This document shows, one piece after another, positions 37,401 through 45,916 of a DNA stretch of 64,000 nt. The translations under genes were made by a program, and so were the position numbers. Each line of letters begins with the position of its first letter. Position 1 is the first letter of the stretch. The notes under the pieces are model-generated. The model saw only the letters and a list, made by a program, of their open reading frames with translations. It had not been told where the DNA came from and did not search any database. Origin of the DNA: Rubripirellula sp. GTDB lineage: Bacteria > Planctomycetota > Planctomycetia > Pirellulales > Pirellulaceae. The stretch covers positions 4,576,001-4,640,000 of the forward strand of contig OZ244207.1 of the NCBI GenBank assembly GCA_965216875.1, in the 5' to 3' direction.

Positions 37401-40258
37401 ACCACTGCGGCTACCGCCGACGGGTAGTCACCCGACAGTGCGAGGTTGATGCGACCCAATCGGCGTTGACCGCCGAATTGCAAAGCAACCGCACCGGCGG
37501 CGATGACCGTGGTTGCCGCCACCAAACGCTGCATCGGTTCCTCAAGCAACCATTGGCTTGCCGTCGTCGAAGCAAAGACGACAACGGCAAGAGCGACCGT
37601 TGCTTGCAGGATACTCGACGTGCGTTCTTGGATTCGCAAACGGTCATGGCGACTCACCCAAACGGTCGCGACCGCTGTCATCGCGAGCGCCGCAGTTGGA
37701 AACTGCCACGACACGTCGGCAAGCACTCTTATTGAATCAGAGACCTGGGCCGAAAGTGCCGCGAAACTCCAAACCGCCCCAATGGCAACAAGTCCTGTGC
37801 TGGCAAGAACGAGCACTCCGTCGATTGATCGGTCGGCGCCAAAGGTTTCCCGTCGCAAAAAACTCAAACGGCGTCGAATCACGCGCAACCGAAGGGAAGC
37901 TGATTCGCGCACCAACATCCATAGGATCGCAACGGTGGCACTCGCGATCGCCCAATTCCAAATCGCCGCTCCCGAAGACCAAGCCTGTCCGGCAAACAGG
38001 TACTCATGAAACCTGCCATAACCAATCACCACAGCGCATGCGACGGACGCCAATTGTGCTCCGCCAAGAAGCGCTGTCGAGCGAACGCGCGTCGCGGTCA
38101 TGAATAGAATCACGGCACTACCAGCCAGCGTCCAAGCCGACGTCGACCAATTTTCTGTGGCGGTCATGCAGGCCACCGTCGATCCGCAGACCGCAGCGCC
38201 AATCGCAAGGGTCTGCCACAACTGAATCGAAGCCAACATCTCCTTGGTCGCCCACTTGGGAATCTTGACGGCGACTTCAGAGAGGACCGACCAAGTCGCA
38301 GCGATCGCTACTGCGGTAACCATCCATTCGCTGGCACTGCCGAGCCAAGGTGACTCGAAAAACTCAAGTGGCCGAATGACCGAACACCAAGCCAGCGCGA
38401 TTGCCAACGACGGAACGGGCGATGCATATCGACTGCGTGTGCACGCGTAGGTTCCAACAGCGGCCGTGGCTGCCAAGATCGACGTCACCGACCACCAAGG
38501 TGCGACGCCGAGGAGTGTGTCACTGCAAAGAGCCAATGCTCCGGCGATCACGATCAGTTCAAGGCACCAGAAACCTGCCGCGTAGGACAGCCACTGACGC
38601 CGTGGTTGGCTTCGAACCACAGCCAAAACCGCCGCGGTCGAAAGGGCGACCAACGCCGAGGCCAACATGGCCGATCCGCTGATAAAGCGATTCCAAACCT
38701 CGATCGAATCCCATGCAACGCCTTCGATCCAGAGATGCGAGGTCAACACCGTCACGATGCCCACAGGAAGCGTGGCCAGCAGTAGCCATTGAGGTTGTCG
38801 GAGTCTCCATCCGACGAGTGTGCCCGATGCGGAGAACGCAGCTGCCCAGGTCCACAGCCACTTCGGATCTCGCATTGCCGCCGGAACAATCGTCCAGCAG
38901 ACGGCGATCAGTACCGTGCAAACGACCGCACCCACCATACTTTGGGTCGCCCGCCGAGCCCCCTTCATCAACGATCGGCCCACTCCCGCATAGGCGACAA
39001 AGGTTGGAACGATTGCGATCGCGATCGCAAGCAGCGCATCGGCGCCGAAATCGATGGTTTGGAATACGGTGTAACCGACCGCGACCGCGGTCGCAAATGC
39101 GCTGACCGAAATCGCGGTGATGTAGCTTCGACTGGTAACGACGCCCATCTTGGTTTCGCGGCGCCGCATCCTCACCATCTCCACAAGAGAGAATACGATG
39201 CCCGTCGATCCGATGGCGAGGAACCAACCGGCACCGGCGACAAAAGAACGAATCAGCGCCGGCACAAAGGGAATCAGCGCGGCGGGAGCGAGAACGCTGA
39301 CGGCAACGTGGCGTGCATAAGGACCGGTAAGCGCGCGACCTCCCATCCACAACAGCACGCTGTAAACCAAACCCGCCAGCGAGATCGCTGCGAGCGTGAT
39401 GGGATCGTTGAGCGCGACCGCATCCTGTCCCGTTCCCGCAGCCGCTAAACCAGCCACAACGCTCAATGGCACCAGCAGCGTCGCGATGACCAGAACGGCA
39501 CGACTGGTGTGACGCAGTCGCCATCGCGACAACGTGTACAACCCGGCAGCATAGATCGCGGTGTTGGCCGCCAAGAAGATGAGCGACGGAATCACTCGAT
39601 GCGTGTCGACCAAAGGTTTCCACAGACTGATCACCAACCCAATCGAACAAACCACAATCAAGATGCCTGCGACCAGTTCGCCCCAACGAATGTTGTGCGC
39701 ATGCAAAAACGATTGAATCATTTCTGCTTTGGACAATACCGGCGCCGGTGGCTCCGACGGAACGATCGCTGTTTCTTTCGGCGGTTCGGAAACCGCGCGG
39801 GAAGAGGTGACGACAGGTGCCGATGACGATTCCTCGTTGGGCTCGTCGACCAGGGTAGCAAGGATGGGTGCTTCGGTCGCAGGCGGCGATGCCGGTTCGG
39901 TCGGGACGGGCTGGAGTGGGGGTGTCTCTGGATGTGCCTCAGATTGTGTCGCTGTGACTTCCAAACCTCGATCGGCTTGATGAATGCTGCCGGTGGTTTG
40001 CCCGAGTTGCAGGTTACGAATCTGAGTGCGCAACTCGTCTGCTTGGGTTTCGTCGATCAAGCGCGCATGGAGCAGGCGATGGATCACGCGCCGTGCCGCT
40101 TCGGCGTCGTGGTGAGTACTGGTAGGCGTTTTGGATTGATTTGACTTGTGGGGCGAGTCGGTCAGGGCACGAAAAATTGCGACGATGATGAGCCAGCTGC
40201 CGTGACCGACCAGAATGGTGAACATCCAAAAAAGAAAGAGTGCGAGAAGGATTTCCAC
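34481..40258 (-). CDS. Very large polytopic membrane protein of unknown function (1925 aa)
   Basis: Uninterrupted ORF with several dozen hydrophobic segments; Pro/Glu-rich linker then FLHAHNIRWGELVAGILIV. Confidence 0.9.
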   Translation of the reverse strand: MEILLALFLFWMFTILVGHGSWLIIVAIFRALTDSPHKSNQSKTPTSTHHDAEAARRVIHRLLHARLIDETQADELRTQIRNLQLGQTTGSIHQADRGLEVTATQSEAHPETPPLQPVPTEPASPPATEAPILATLVDEPNEESSSAPVVTSSRAVSEPPKETAIVPSEPPAPVLSKAEMIQSFLHAHNIRWGELVAGILIVVCSIGLVISLWKPLVDTHRVIPSLIFLAANTAIYAAGLYTLSRWRLRHTSRAVLVIATLLVPLSVVAGLAAAGTGQDAVALNDPITLAAISLAGLVYSVLLWMGGRALTGPYARHVAVSVLAPAALIPFVPALIRSFVAGAGWFLAIGSTGIVFSLVEMVRMRRRETKMGVVTSRSYITAISVSAFATAVAVGYTVFQTIDFGADALLAIAIAIVPTFVAYAGVGRSLMKGARRATQSMVGAVVCTVLIAVCWTIVPAAMRDPKWLWTWAAAFSASGTLVGWRLRQPQWLLLATLPVGIVTVLTSHLWIEGVAWDSIEVWNRFISGSAMLASALVALSTAAVLAVVRSQPRRQWLSYAAGFWCLELIVIAGALALCSDTLLGVAPWWSVTSILAATAAVGTYACTRSRYASPVPSLAIALAWCSVIRPLEFFESPWLGSASEWMVTAVAIAATWSVLSEVAVKIPKWATKEMLASIQLWQTLAIGAAVCGSTVACMTATENWSTSAWTLAGSAVILFMTATRVRSTALLGGAQLASVACAVVIGYGRFHEYLFAGQAWSSGAAIWNWAIASATVAILWMLVRESASLRLRVIRRRLSFLRRETFGADRSIDGVLVLASTGLVAIGAVWSFAALSAQVSDSIRVLADVSWQFPTAALAMTAVATVWVSRHDRLRIQERTSSILQATVALAVVVFASTTASQWLLEEPMQRLVAATTVIAAGAVALQFGGQRRLGRINLALSGDYPSAVAAVVIVVSSVVVLAEGWLDHVVAGEIANRFATFAVVGWWATAAGGLCWFAAKKGSSNAALAAAALVPSATFIAVPALTLSTPMMWIQSAAIAALVWSAVVYTLGRKRDWLSAFTHAMLSSASAAIAVGLISASMVTIRILFDLAIFNFAFGPASVAISVAAALVLLLPLQGRWAIASWPFVLTVLAGQAAWLAFLAGWIPASQAAETLVAIWAAAVVASLVRYRLKAASFDFWHAAILSISIMSIAIGASWLSSVVWMPWIGMVGVVCAGLLAVCVAQDRSAAIDKQVAARVLCWATIVLGLFVIDTFGSGHPWPVKWTIGIGWICGWVIGWRMLTPDRSWKWKGTAISLADVEFSYLMLSAAVVETYYFITAWDGAVTPGTLLWTRVACYVAVAASTVTRASRKVVWMASCGLITAATALGAVYVATRYALPTHQRFMVAALSSGFAVALVAYLLPAVGYAVAACRSVLPTMTRVRASQLNTSHVVVSTLVGGFAAVVCIGMIAAGVDARVCQLTTIAVGMVAIAMVELAQQSNHSVLRHAAISTGLVAVGLLASVDAVDSAHPILTASMQWLVASVVLIPTLLFAVPRLFGERIATDWYPALRRGSFVAAATTVGSLVVMFVTEAIVRTPEGIAGISRPMVIGVAITLGGLAAIAGLIAIVSAKDRGVAWLQLSDGQRRGLILAAQAIGGLTWLHIFLCKTNWAFVGLRSYWPFIVMGLAFVSVGITDWAKRRGDRVLSETLRHTAFYLPLIPVVGFWLSPSFGEYSWAFTGGVIKYDWLLAAGAIYYLGLSVMWKQVVPRIAAIVLGNAALWVVLAQHDNWHFLVHPQAWLIPPAVCVLVVAHLYRDRLDRVTSSAIRYASTLVIYVSSTADMLLQEIGSTIYGPIILILLALAGMLAGVLLRVRPFLYLGATFVFMGVTSMVWHAQRSIDAYWPWWVFGITTGVLLLAGLMALEKNKDKLRNYARTLATWQG

Positions 40259-40357
40259 GGTGCTCGCCTTGAGGTGGGTCAGTTTGGGTTCAGCAAATCA
40301 GGGAAAGACGGCCCTCTCACATCCAGAGCCTATTTCTTAGAGGGCTATACTTGGGAA

Positions 40358-41977
40358 ATGTCAGAATCTGGTGATCCCAACGAAACCATTGGCCACACAA
40401 GTGGGGAAGGTGTTCAGCCCCCACTCGAAGATGTGATGGCCGCGTATTTGGAGGCGGCCGAATCGGGAGAATCACCCGATCCAGCACAATTCCTCCTCGA
40501 TTATCCCGAGCACGCCCAAGAGCTGCAGAGCTTTTTTCGCAACCACCATTGGCTGGGCGAGGCGCCGGCCGAGTCGGCAACCTTGGTCGGGTCGCAAATT
40601 GGCCCCTACGAGATCGAAGCCGAAATCGCTCGCGGCGGCATGGGGGTCGTCTATCGTGCTCGCCAATCTGGGTTGGATCGACCCGTCGCGTTGAAGTTGA
40701 TCAGCAGTGGTGTGTTGGCCGGGCAGGAAGAACGCCGCCGTTTTCGCATTGAAGCCGAAGCGGCCGCACGACTGCATCATCCCGGAATCATCGCGATCCA
40801 CGAAATCGGCTCGTGGCAAGGCTATGAATACTTTTCGATGACCTTTGTCGACGGCCCAACGTTGCAAAAACGCGTCGACGAAGATTGCTTTGACGACGAA
40901 GAGGCCGCCAAGATCGTTCGCGACATTGCTCGCGCGGTCGCCTACGCTCACCAAACCGGAATCGTCCACCGCGACCTCAAACCCGAGAACATCTTGATCA
41001 GCGACGACGGTCGCCCGCTTGTCACCGACTTTGGATTGGCGAAATGGCATCGCGATGGAACGATGATCACTCGCACCGGTCAAGTTCTCGGCACACCCCA
41101 TTACATGAGTCCCGAACAAGCGTGTGGTCGTGGTGATGGCGATCAGGCAACCGACATCTATTCGCTTGGCGCCATTCTCTATGCCTTACTCACCGGCCGA
41201 CCGCCACACGTCGGTCCGTCGGCGGCCGAAGTCCTGCGAAGTGTCCTGCAAGATGAACCTGAACCGCCGCGTCAACTGCGCCGCGACGTCCCTGCCGACC
41301 TCGAAAACATCTGTCTCAAAGCGATCCGCTACCAGCCCGACGAGCGGTACGAATCGGCCAACGCGCTGGCCGACGACCTGCAACGCTACCTTTCAGGCGA
41401 AACCACCAGCGCCGCTGGCAGCGGATTGCTCGACCGCATGGCGCGCGAGATTCGTCGCGATCAACACCAGAACTTCTTCGAGGATTGGGGACGCACACTG
41501 GCGAGAATCGGGATCATCATCATGGTGGCCCACGTCGCAATCTTTGCGTTGGTCGAGATGCCCATTCCGGTATGGATCGCCTACTGGATTCCGCGAATCG
41601 GGATGATGATCGGGATCTTCGCCGCAATCTATCACGCCCGCGAAGGCGCGTTGCTGCCTCGGTCGGTTGCCGAACGACCGGTGTGGTCGATCTGGCTCGG
41701 ATACCTCGCCGCGCTGGGCGTGATCAACGTGTTGTTGATCTTTGGGGGCGGCGATCACCTTGAACTCTTTCCCGTCGCCTCTGCGCTGAGCGGCTTTGGT
41801 TTCATTGCCATGTCGGGGCACGTTTGGGGCGGTTCCGCAATCTTTGGGCTCGCCTTCCTTGTGGTCGCCGCGTTGACCGCGTTGCTGCCGCAGGCGGCTC
41901 CCCTTCTTTTTGGCGGCATGTGGTTGATCAGCATGCTCGGAATGGGGCGGCACTATCGTGCCAAGAGTGATCAATAG
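40358..41977 (+). CDS. Hanks-type Ser/Thr protein kinase with multi-TM C-terminal domain
   Basis: IARGGMGVVY, VALK, HRDLKPEN, DFGLAK, GTPHYMSPEQ, DIYSLG; about 6 C-terminal TM helices. Confidence 0.95.
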   Translation: MSESGDPNETIGHTSGEGVQPPLEDVMAAYLEAAESGESPDPAQFLLDYPEHAQELQSFFRNHHWLGEAPAESATLVGSQIGPYEIEAEIARGGMGVVYRARQSGLDRPVALKLISSGVLAGQEERRRFRIEAEAAARLHHPGIIAIHEIGSWQGYEYFSMTFVDGPTLQKRVDEDCFDDEEAAKIVRDIARAVAYAHQTGIVHRDLKPENILISDDGRPLVTDFGLAKWHRDGTMITRTGQVLGTPHYMSPEQACGRGDGDQATDIYSLGAILYALLTGRPPHVGPSAAEVLRSVLQDEPEPPRQLRRDVPADLENICLKAIRYQPDERYESANALADDLQRYLSGETTSAAGSGLLDRMAREIRRDQHQNFFEDWGRTLARIGIIIMVAHVAIFALVEMPIPVWIAYWIPRIGMMIGIFAAIYHAREGALLPRSVAERPVWSIWLGYLAALGVINVLLIFGGGDHLELFPVASALSGFGFIAMSGHVWGGSAIFGLAFLVVAALTALLPQAAPLLFGGMWLISMLGMGRHYRAKSDQ

Positions 41978-42029
41978 TGCCGCGAATTGCAATTGCGCTT
42001 CCACTAGGCTTCGAAACTGCGCATTTCAA

Positions 42030-42133
42030 CACTCTCCCTTGGGAGAGTCGGGCTCTAAGGCCCGGAGAGGGTTTGTTTTGACCATTCCCTCCCCGGACTT
42101 TGCGTCCGACCCTCCCGCAAGCGGGAGGGTGAT
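42030..42133. repeat. Palindromic intergenic repeat
   Basis: ACTCTCCCTTGGGAGAGT, GGGCTCTAAGGCCC and CCCTCCCGCAAGCGGGAGGG hairpins. Confidence 0.7.
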
Positions 42134-42389
42134 TATTGGAACGCGCGTTAATCTGGGCAAGCACTTCACCTCATGGCACCGAAACTCCAATCCGCGGCAA
42201 AGCGTGGCAAGAGCGATCAAGCTTCCGAACGCGCAAAACCCGTCGCCGTCACATTCGGCTTAACCGACACTCGTGTCACCAAACCGAGGCCCGCTCGCCG
42301 AAGAAACCAACACGCGGTACTGCCGCGACACCGGTCGCAGTTTCACGGCGACTGGCTGAGTTGTTTCCCGCTCTCGCTGGCTTGGGCTC

Positions 42390-42863
42390 ATGCGTTCCAT
42401 TCTTGCTCTCACGTTGACCATTGTTTGCGTTGCCACCGCATCGGCTCACCATCCAGATCGTGAAAACAAACGCGTGCATCCCTACTATGACCTGATCGGG
42501 CCAATCGGGAATCGCCTGCCGATTTCACATCGCCGTGCCTACAACCGCCCGACCTATTGGGGCGGCAAAATCGCCTACTGGATAGAACCAACCAGCCAGG
42601 AAGCGATGGCATGGCACAATGCCGAGCACCGTAACGCCTACAAGAACCACCGACCGCGAATCGAAGTCCACTACTTCTATCCCAAACCATGGGAAGCGCT
42701 CAAAGTCGGCGCTCGTCCAGCTCCAGAAACCGCCATCGATTCGGTTCTTGACGCCCTCGGCGGGGACGAACCACAACAGGACGAACCGGCAGAGGAAGAA
42801 ATGGAACTTCCACAGCCTCTTCCAGCAGGCCCACTGACGGCCGACGAGCAACTGATCGAGTAA
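42390..42863 (+). CDS. Secreted hypothetical protein
   Basis: 157 aa; signal peptide ending TASA-H; aromatic/His-rich core with acidic tail. Confidence 0.75.
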   Translation: MRSILALTLTIVCVATASAHHPDRENKRVHPYYDLIGPIGNRLPISHRRAYNRPTYWGGKIAYWIEPTSQEAMAWHNAEHRNAYKNHRPRIEVHYFYPKPWEALKVGARPAPETAIDSVLDALGGDEPQQDEPAEEEMELPQPLPAGPLTADEQLIE

Positions 42864-43119
42864 TTGAGGTTGCTAGCAACTGTAAACATCGCGAATGAGA
42901 TTTTTCCTCAGAAGCGTCAAAGTTTACCCAACCGTCCTCCGATAACAGTCATTGGACGAGGTCCTGCCGACCGCCGATTGTCTGACAATCCGCGAGTTTG
43001 CCGGTCCTTGTGAGGGGGGCTTCCAACATTGGGCTCGTACGGGAACGAATCCTGGTCGCTGCGTTAGCGACGGAAACAGGGTTTCGTTTCACGACGGCAC
43101 GACTCAGGAAGTCCAGAGC

Positions 43120-45567
43120 ATGAATCGCTCGCTGTTTCGCATTACCGCATACTTGCAGCTTGGCCTGGCCGTTCTATTGGCGACAGGTTGCACGCCGACA
43201 CAACCGTTCTTCATCAACGAGTCGCCCGATCTTCAGTATTATCTGAATTCGGCGACCGACATCGAATATCCCGATGTCGAAGTGGAGAGTCTGGCGGAAA
43301 CGACGCACTCGATGCGTCCGTTGAGTATTGGCAACCACGATTACAAGTTCTGGGACTTGTCGTTGGAAGAGTGCGTATCGATCGCGCTCCAAAATGCAAA
43401 ATTCTTTGTCACCACCAGTGGCAACGCCGAGATCCGCCAGAACGTTGCGGCTCAATTCACAAGTGGCACGCCCGATCAGTTCGGCAGCATTTACGATATC
43501 GCGATTCAACAATCGACGACTCAATCGATTCCTTTGACGGTCGATGGCAGCGGCAACCGCGTCTTGCCACGAGGCGTCTTGCGAGCCAACCAAGTCGGCG
43601 GTGTTGAAGATGCATTGGCCGAATTCGACGCCCAAGCGAGTGCCTTCCTTAACGTCAGCACGACCGACCGACCACGAAACTCGACGCAAAACAACGTCGT
43701 CAACCCGGTCATCGCTCAGGCCACCGACACGACTCAACAAGCTGCGATCAGTAAGCGATTCGCTACCGGTGGTGTTGGAACCTTCCGTCAGCAAATCATC
43801 TACAGCCGCAATAACACCCCAACGGCACTCAACACGCCACCGGGAATCCGAGCGGTGCCAAGCGACTGGACCGCCGTTCTCGAAGCACAGATCCAACACC
43901 CGCTGATGCGAAACCGCGGCACGTTGGTCAACCGCATTCCCGTGGTGCTGGCGAGTTTGAACGAAGACATCACGATCGCCGACTTCGAGATCCAAGTTCG
44001 AAACTTGGTTCGCGATGTCGAAAACAAATACTGGGACTTGTACGTCGCCTATCGAAACGTTTCGACGCGCATCGTTGCTCGTAACAGTGCCATGGCAACC
44101 GCTCAGCTGTTGCGACTGCAGTTCGACCAAGGGGCACAGGCTCGCCAAGACCTGGCACAAGCGGTTGGGCAGTACTACCAAATCCGAAGCCAACTCGAGG
44201 GCGCACTCGGCGGATCAAACGTTCTCGGCGAAGACCGAACGGGCGTCTACGGTGCGGAACGCGAACTTCGCGAACTGATGGGTCTGGCTGCAACCGACGG
44301 ACGATTGATTCGTCCGATTCAAGAACCATCGATCGCTCGAGTGGAATTCGACTGGGAAGAGAGCGTTGCTCAAATGCTCTACCTCTCGCCCGAACTGCGT
44401 CGCAACAAGACTCGACTCAAGCAAAGCGAATTGGAGTTGATCTCGGCCAAGAATCAAATCTTGCCCGACGTGAACCTGTCGCTGCTTTATCGCTGGGTCG
44501 GTGTTGGCGACACGCTCGGTCCACCGCGTCGCCGTGACCGCAGCATCTTTGATGGTGTCGTCGATCCAGGCAACACGAACCCGTTCTTGGGAAGCAGTGC
44601 ACTTGGCGAATTGACCGGTGGCGGTTTCCAAGAGGGTGCGATCCGACTCGAAATCACTCCACCCGCCTTTGGTGCACGTCGTGAACTGACCCGCATCCGC
44701 GGTGCCCAGTGGCGTCTGCTCCGCGAGAAGGGATTTTTGCAAGAACAGGAACGTCTGCTGGTCAGCCAATTGAGCGATGCGTTTGCAAAGGCGGCAACGC
44801 ACTTCCAACAAGTTCAAACCAACGCTCAACGGTGGCAAGCAAGCGAAGAAGAAGTCGACGCACGTCTGACCGACTTCTCAGCGGGCCGCAGCGACATCAA
44901 CCTGTTGCTGCAAGGTCAACAACGTCGTGCGGAGGCTCAAATTGCTTACTACCGAGCACTCGCCGAATACAACAAGTCACTCAACTACATCGACTTCCTC
45001 AAGGGAACGTTGTTGGCCAACAGCAACATCACCCTTGCCGAAGGACCTTGGAACAAGAAAGCGTACTGGGACGCACTGGAACGTGCTCGCGAACGAAGTG
45101 CGGGCAAAAAACTGCAATGGGGCGTCACACGACCTGGTGTCGTGCGTCGCGGCCCAGTCCTCGACGCCGACGCTGCAGTGCGAATCAACAAGGACACCAT
45201 CAACGGTGACGCGATCCCACCAGAGGGCATGATCCTCAACGAGGACGGTGGAATCGAAATGGTCCCTCAACGTGACGCAGTCGAAGTGCAAGACCGACCA
45301 CTCAGCGAGATGGGTTCGCCCAGCGAAATGCTCGACATCGGCCCCAACATTGCACCACCAGCACGTGGCGATGTGATTGAGAACTCCGGTTCGTCGATCT
45401 TGCCGGGAGCCACCGCACCTGTAACCCCACCACAAACGAGCACTCAATCGCTTCGACGATTGGACGTTTCACACAATGTGGTGCCCATGAGCCATCAAGA
45501 AGTGATCGAAACTTCCAACGCACCGATTCCGGTGCGACGCACGCCGGTTCCAACGGCACCCCAGTAG
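43120..45567 (+). CDS. TolC-family outer membrane efflux protein (lipoprotein)
   Basis: Lipobox LATGC; LSLEECVSIALQN; VRDVENKYWDLYVA; NQILPDVNL; two OEP-like helical repeats. Confidence 0.85.
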   Translation: MNRSLFRITAYLQLGLAVLLATGCTPTQPFFINESPDLQYYLNSATDIEYPDVEVESLAETTHSMRPLSIGNHDYKFWDLSLEECVSIALQNAKFFVTTSGNAEIRQNVAAQFTSGTPDQFGSIYDIAIQQSTTQSIPLTVDGSGNRVLPRGVLRANQVGGVEDALAEFDAQASAFLNVSTTDRPRNSTQNNVVNPVIAQATDTTQQAAISKRFATGGVGTFRQQIIYSRNNTPTALNTPPGIRAVPSDWTAVLEAQIQHPLMRNRGTLVNRIPVVLASLNEDITIADFEIQVRNLVRDVENKYWDLYVAYRNVSTRIVARNSAMATAQLLRLQFDQGAQARQDLAQAVGQYYQIRSQLEGALGGSNVLGEDRTGVYGAERELRELMGLAATDGRLIRPIQEPSIARVEFDWEESVAQMLYLSPELRRNKTRLKQSELELISAKNQILPDVNLSLLYRWVGVGDTLGPPRRRDRSIFDGVVDPGNTNPFLGSSALGELTGGGFQEGAIRLEITPPAFGARRELTRIRGAQWRLLREKGFLQEQERLLVSQLSDAFAKAATHFQQVQTNAQRWQASEEEVDARLTDFSAGRSDINLLLQGQQRRAEAQIAYYRALAEYNKSLNYIDFLKGTLLANSNITLAEGPWNKKAYWDALERARERSAGKKLQWGVTRPGVVRRGPVLDADAAVRINKDTINGDAIPPEGMILNEDGGIEMVPQRDAVEVQDRPLSEMGSPSEMLDIGPNIAPPARGDVIENSGSSILPGATAPVTPPQTSTQSLRRLDVSHNVVPMSHQEVIETSNAPIPVRRTPVPTAPQ

Positions 45568-45589
45568 GGGCAAGCGACTCACCAAAATT

Positions 45590-45916
45590 CCGTAGGGCGG
45601 AGGCTCTGCGAGGGCTGCCCATTTTACGCGTCGGGAACCACAGCCCTCGTACACGAACAGCTCGAGTTCGCTAACCAAGCGACTCGAGCTTTTCGTCGTT
45701 TCCCACGTCTTCGTAGGTCATGCTCCGCATGACACGTGTTTGTACTGCGGGTGATTGAGTGTGAGGCTCGACGTTATAGTGCAGAGGCCCGACGCTAGCG
45801 AGTTCGGCTCACTATGTAGCTACCGTCGCCAGAAGGTGGTTTTCATCGTTGGACCAGTCTCCACTGTCACCGCGCTCTGGCGAGCGTAGCGACGTTGTGC
45901 AGAGGCCCGACGCTAG
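45590..45916. repeat. REP mosaic next to the IS
   Basis: GTAGGTCATGCTCCGCATGAC; AGGCCCGACGCTAGCGAGTTCGGCTCAC; GTAGCTACCGTCGCCAGAAGGTGG...CGCTCTGGCGAGCGTAGCGAC; left half of the interrupted REP. Confidence 0.85.

Noticed and set aside
35382..39686. 363-aa and 375-aa alternative-frame ORFs inside the giant membrane gene
   Set aside because: Arg/Gly/Cys-rich off-frame translations typical of GC-rich DNA, with no motifs
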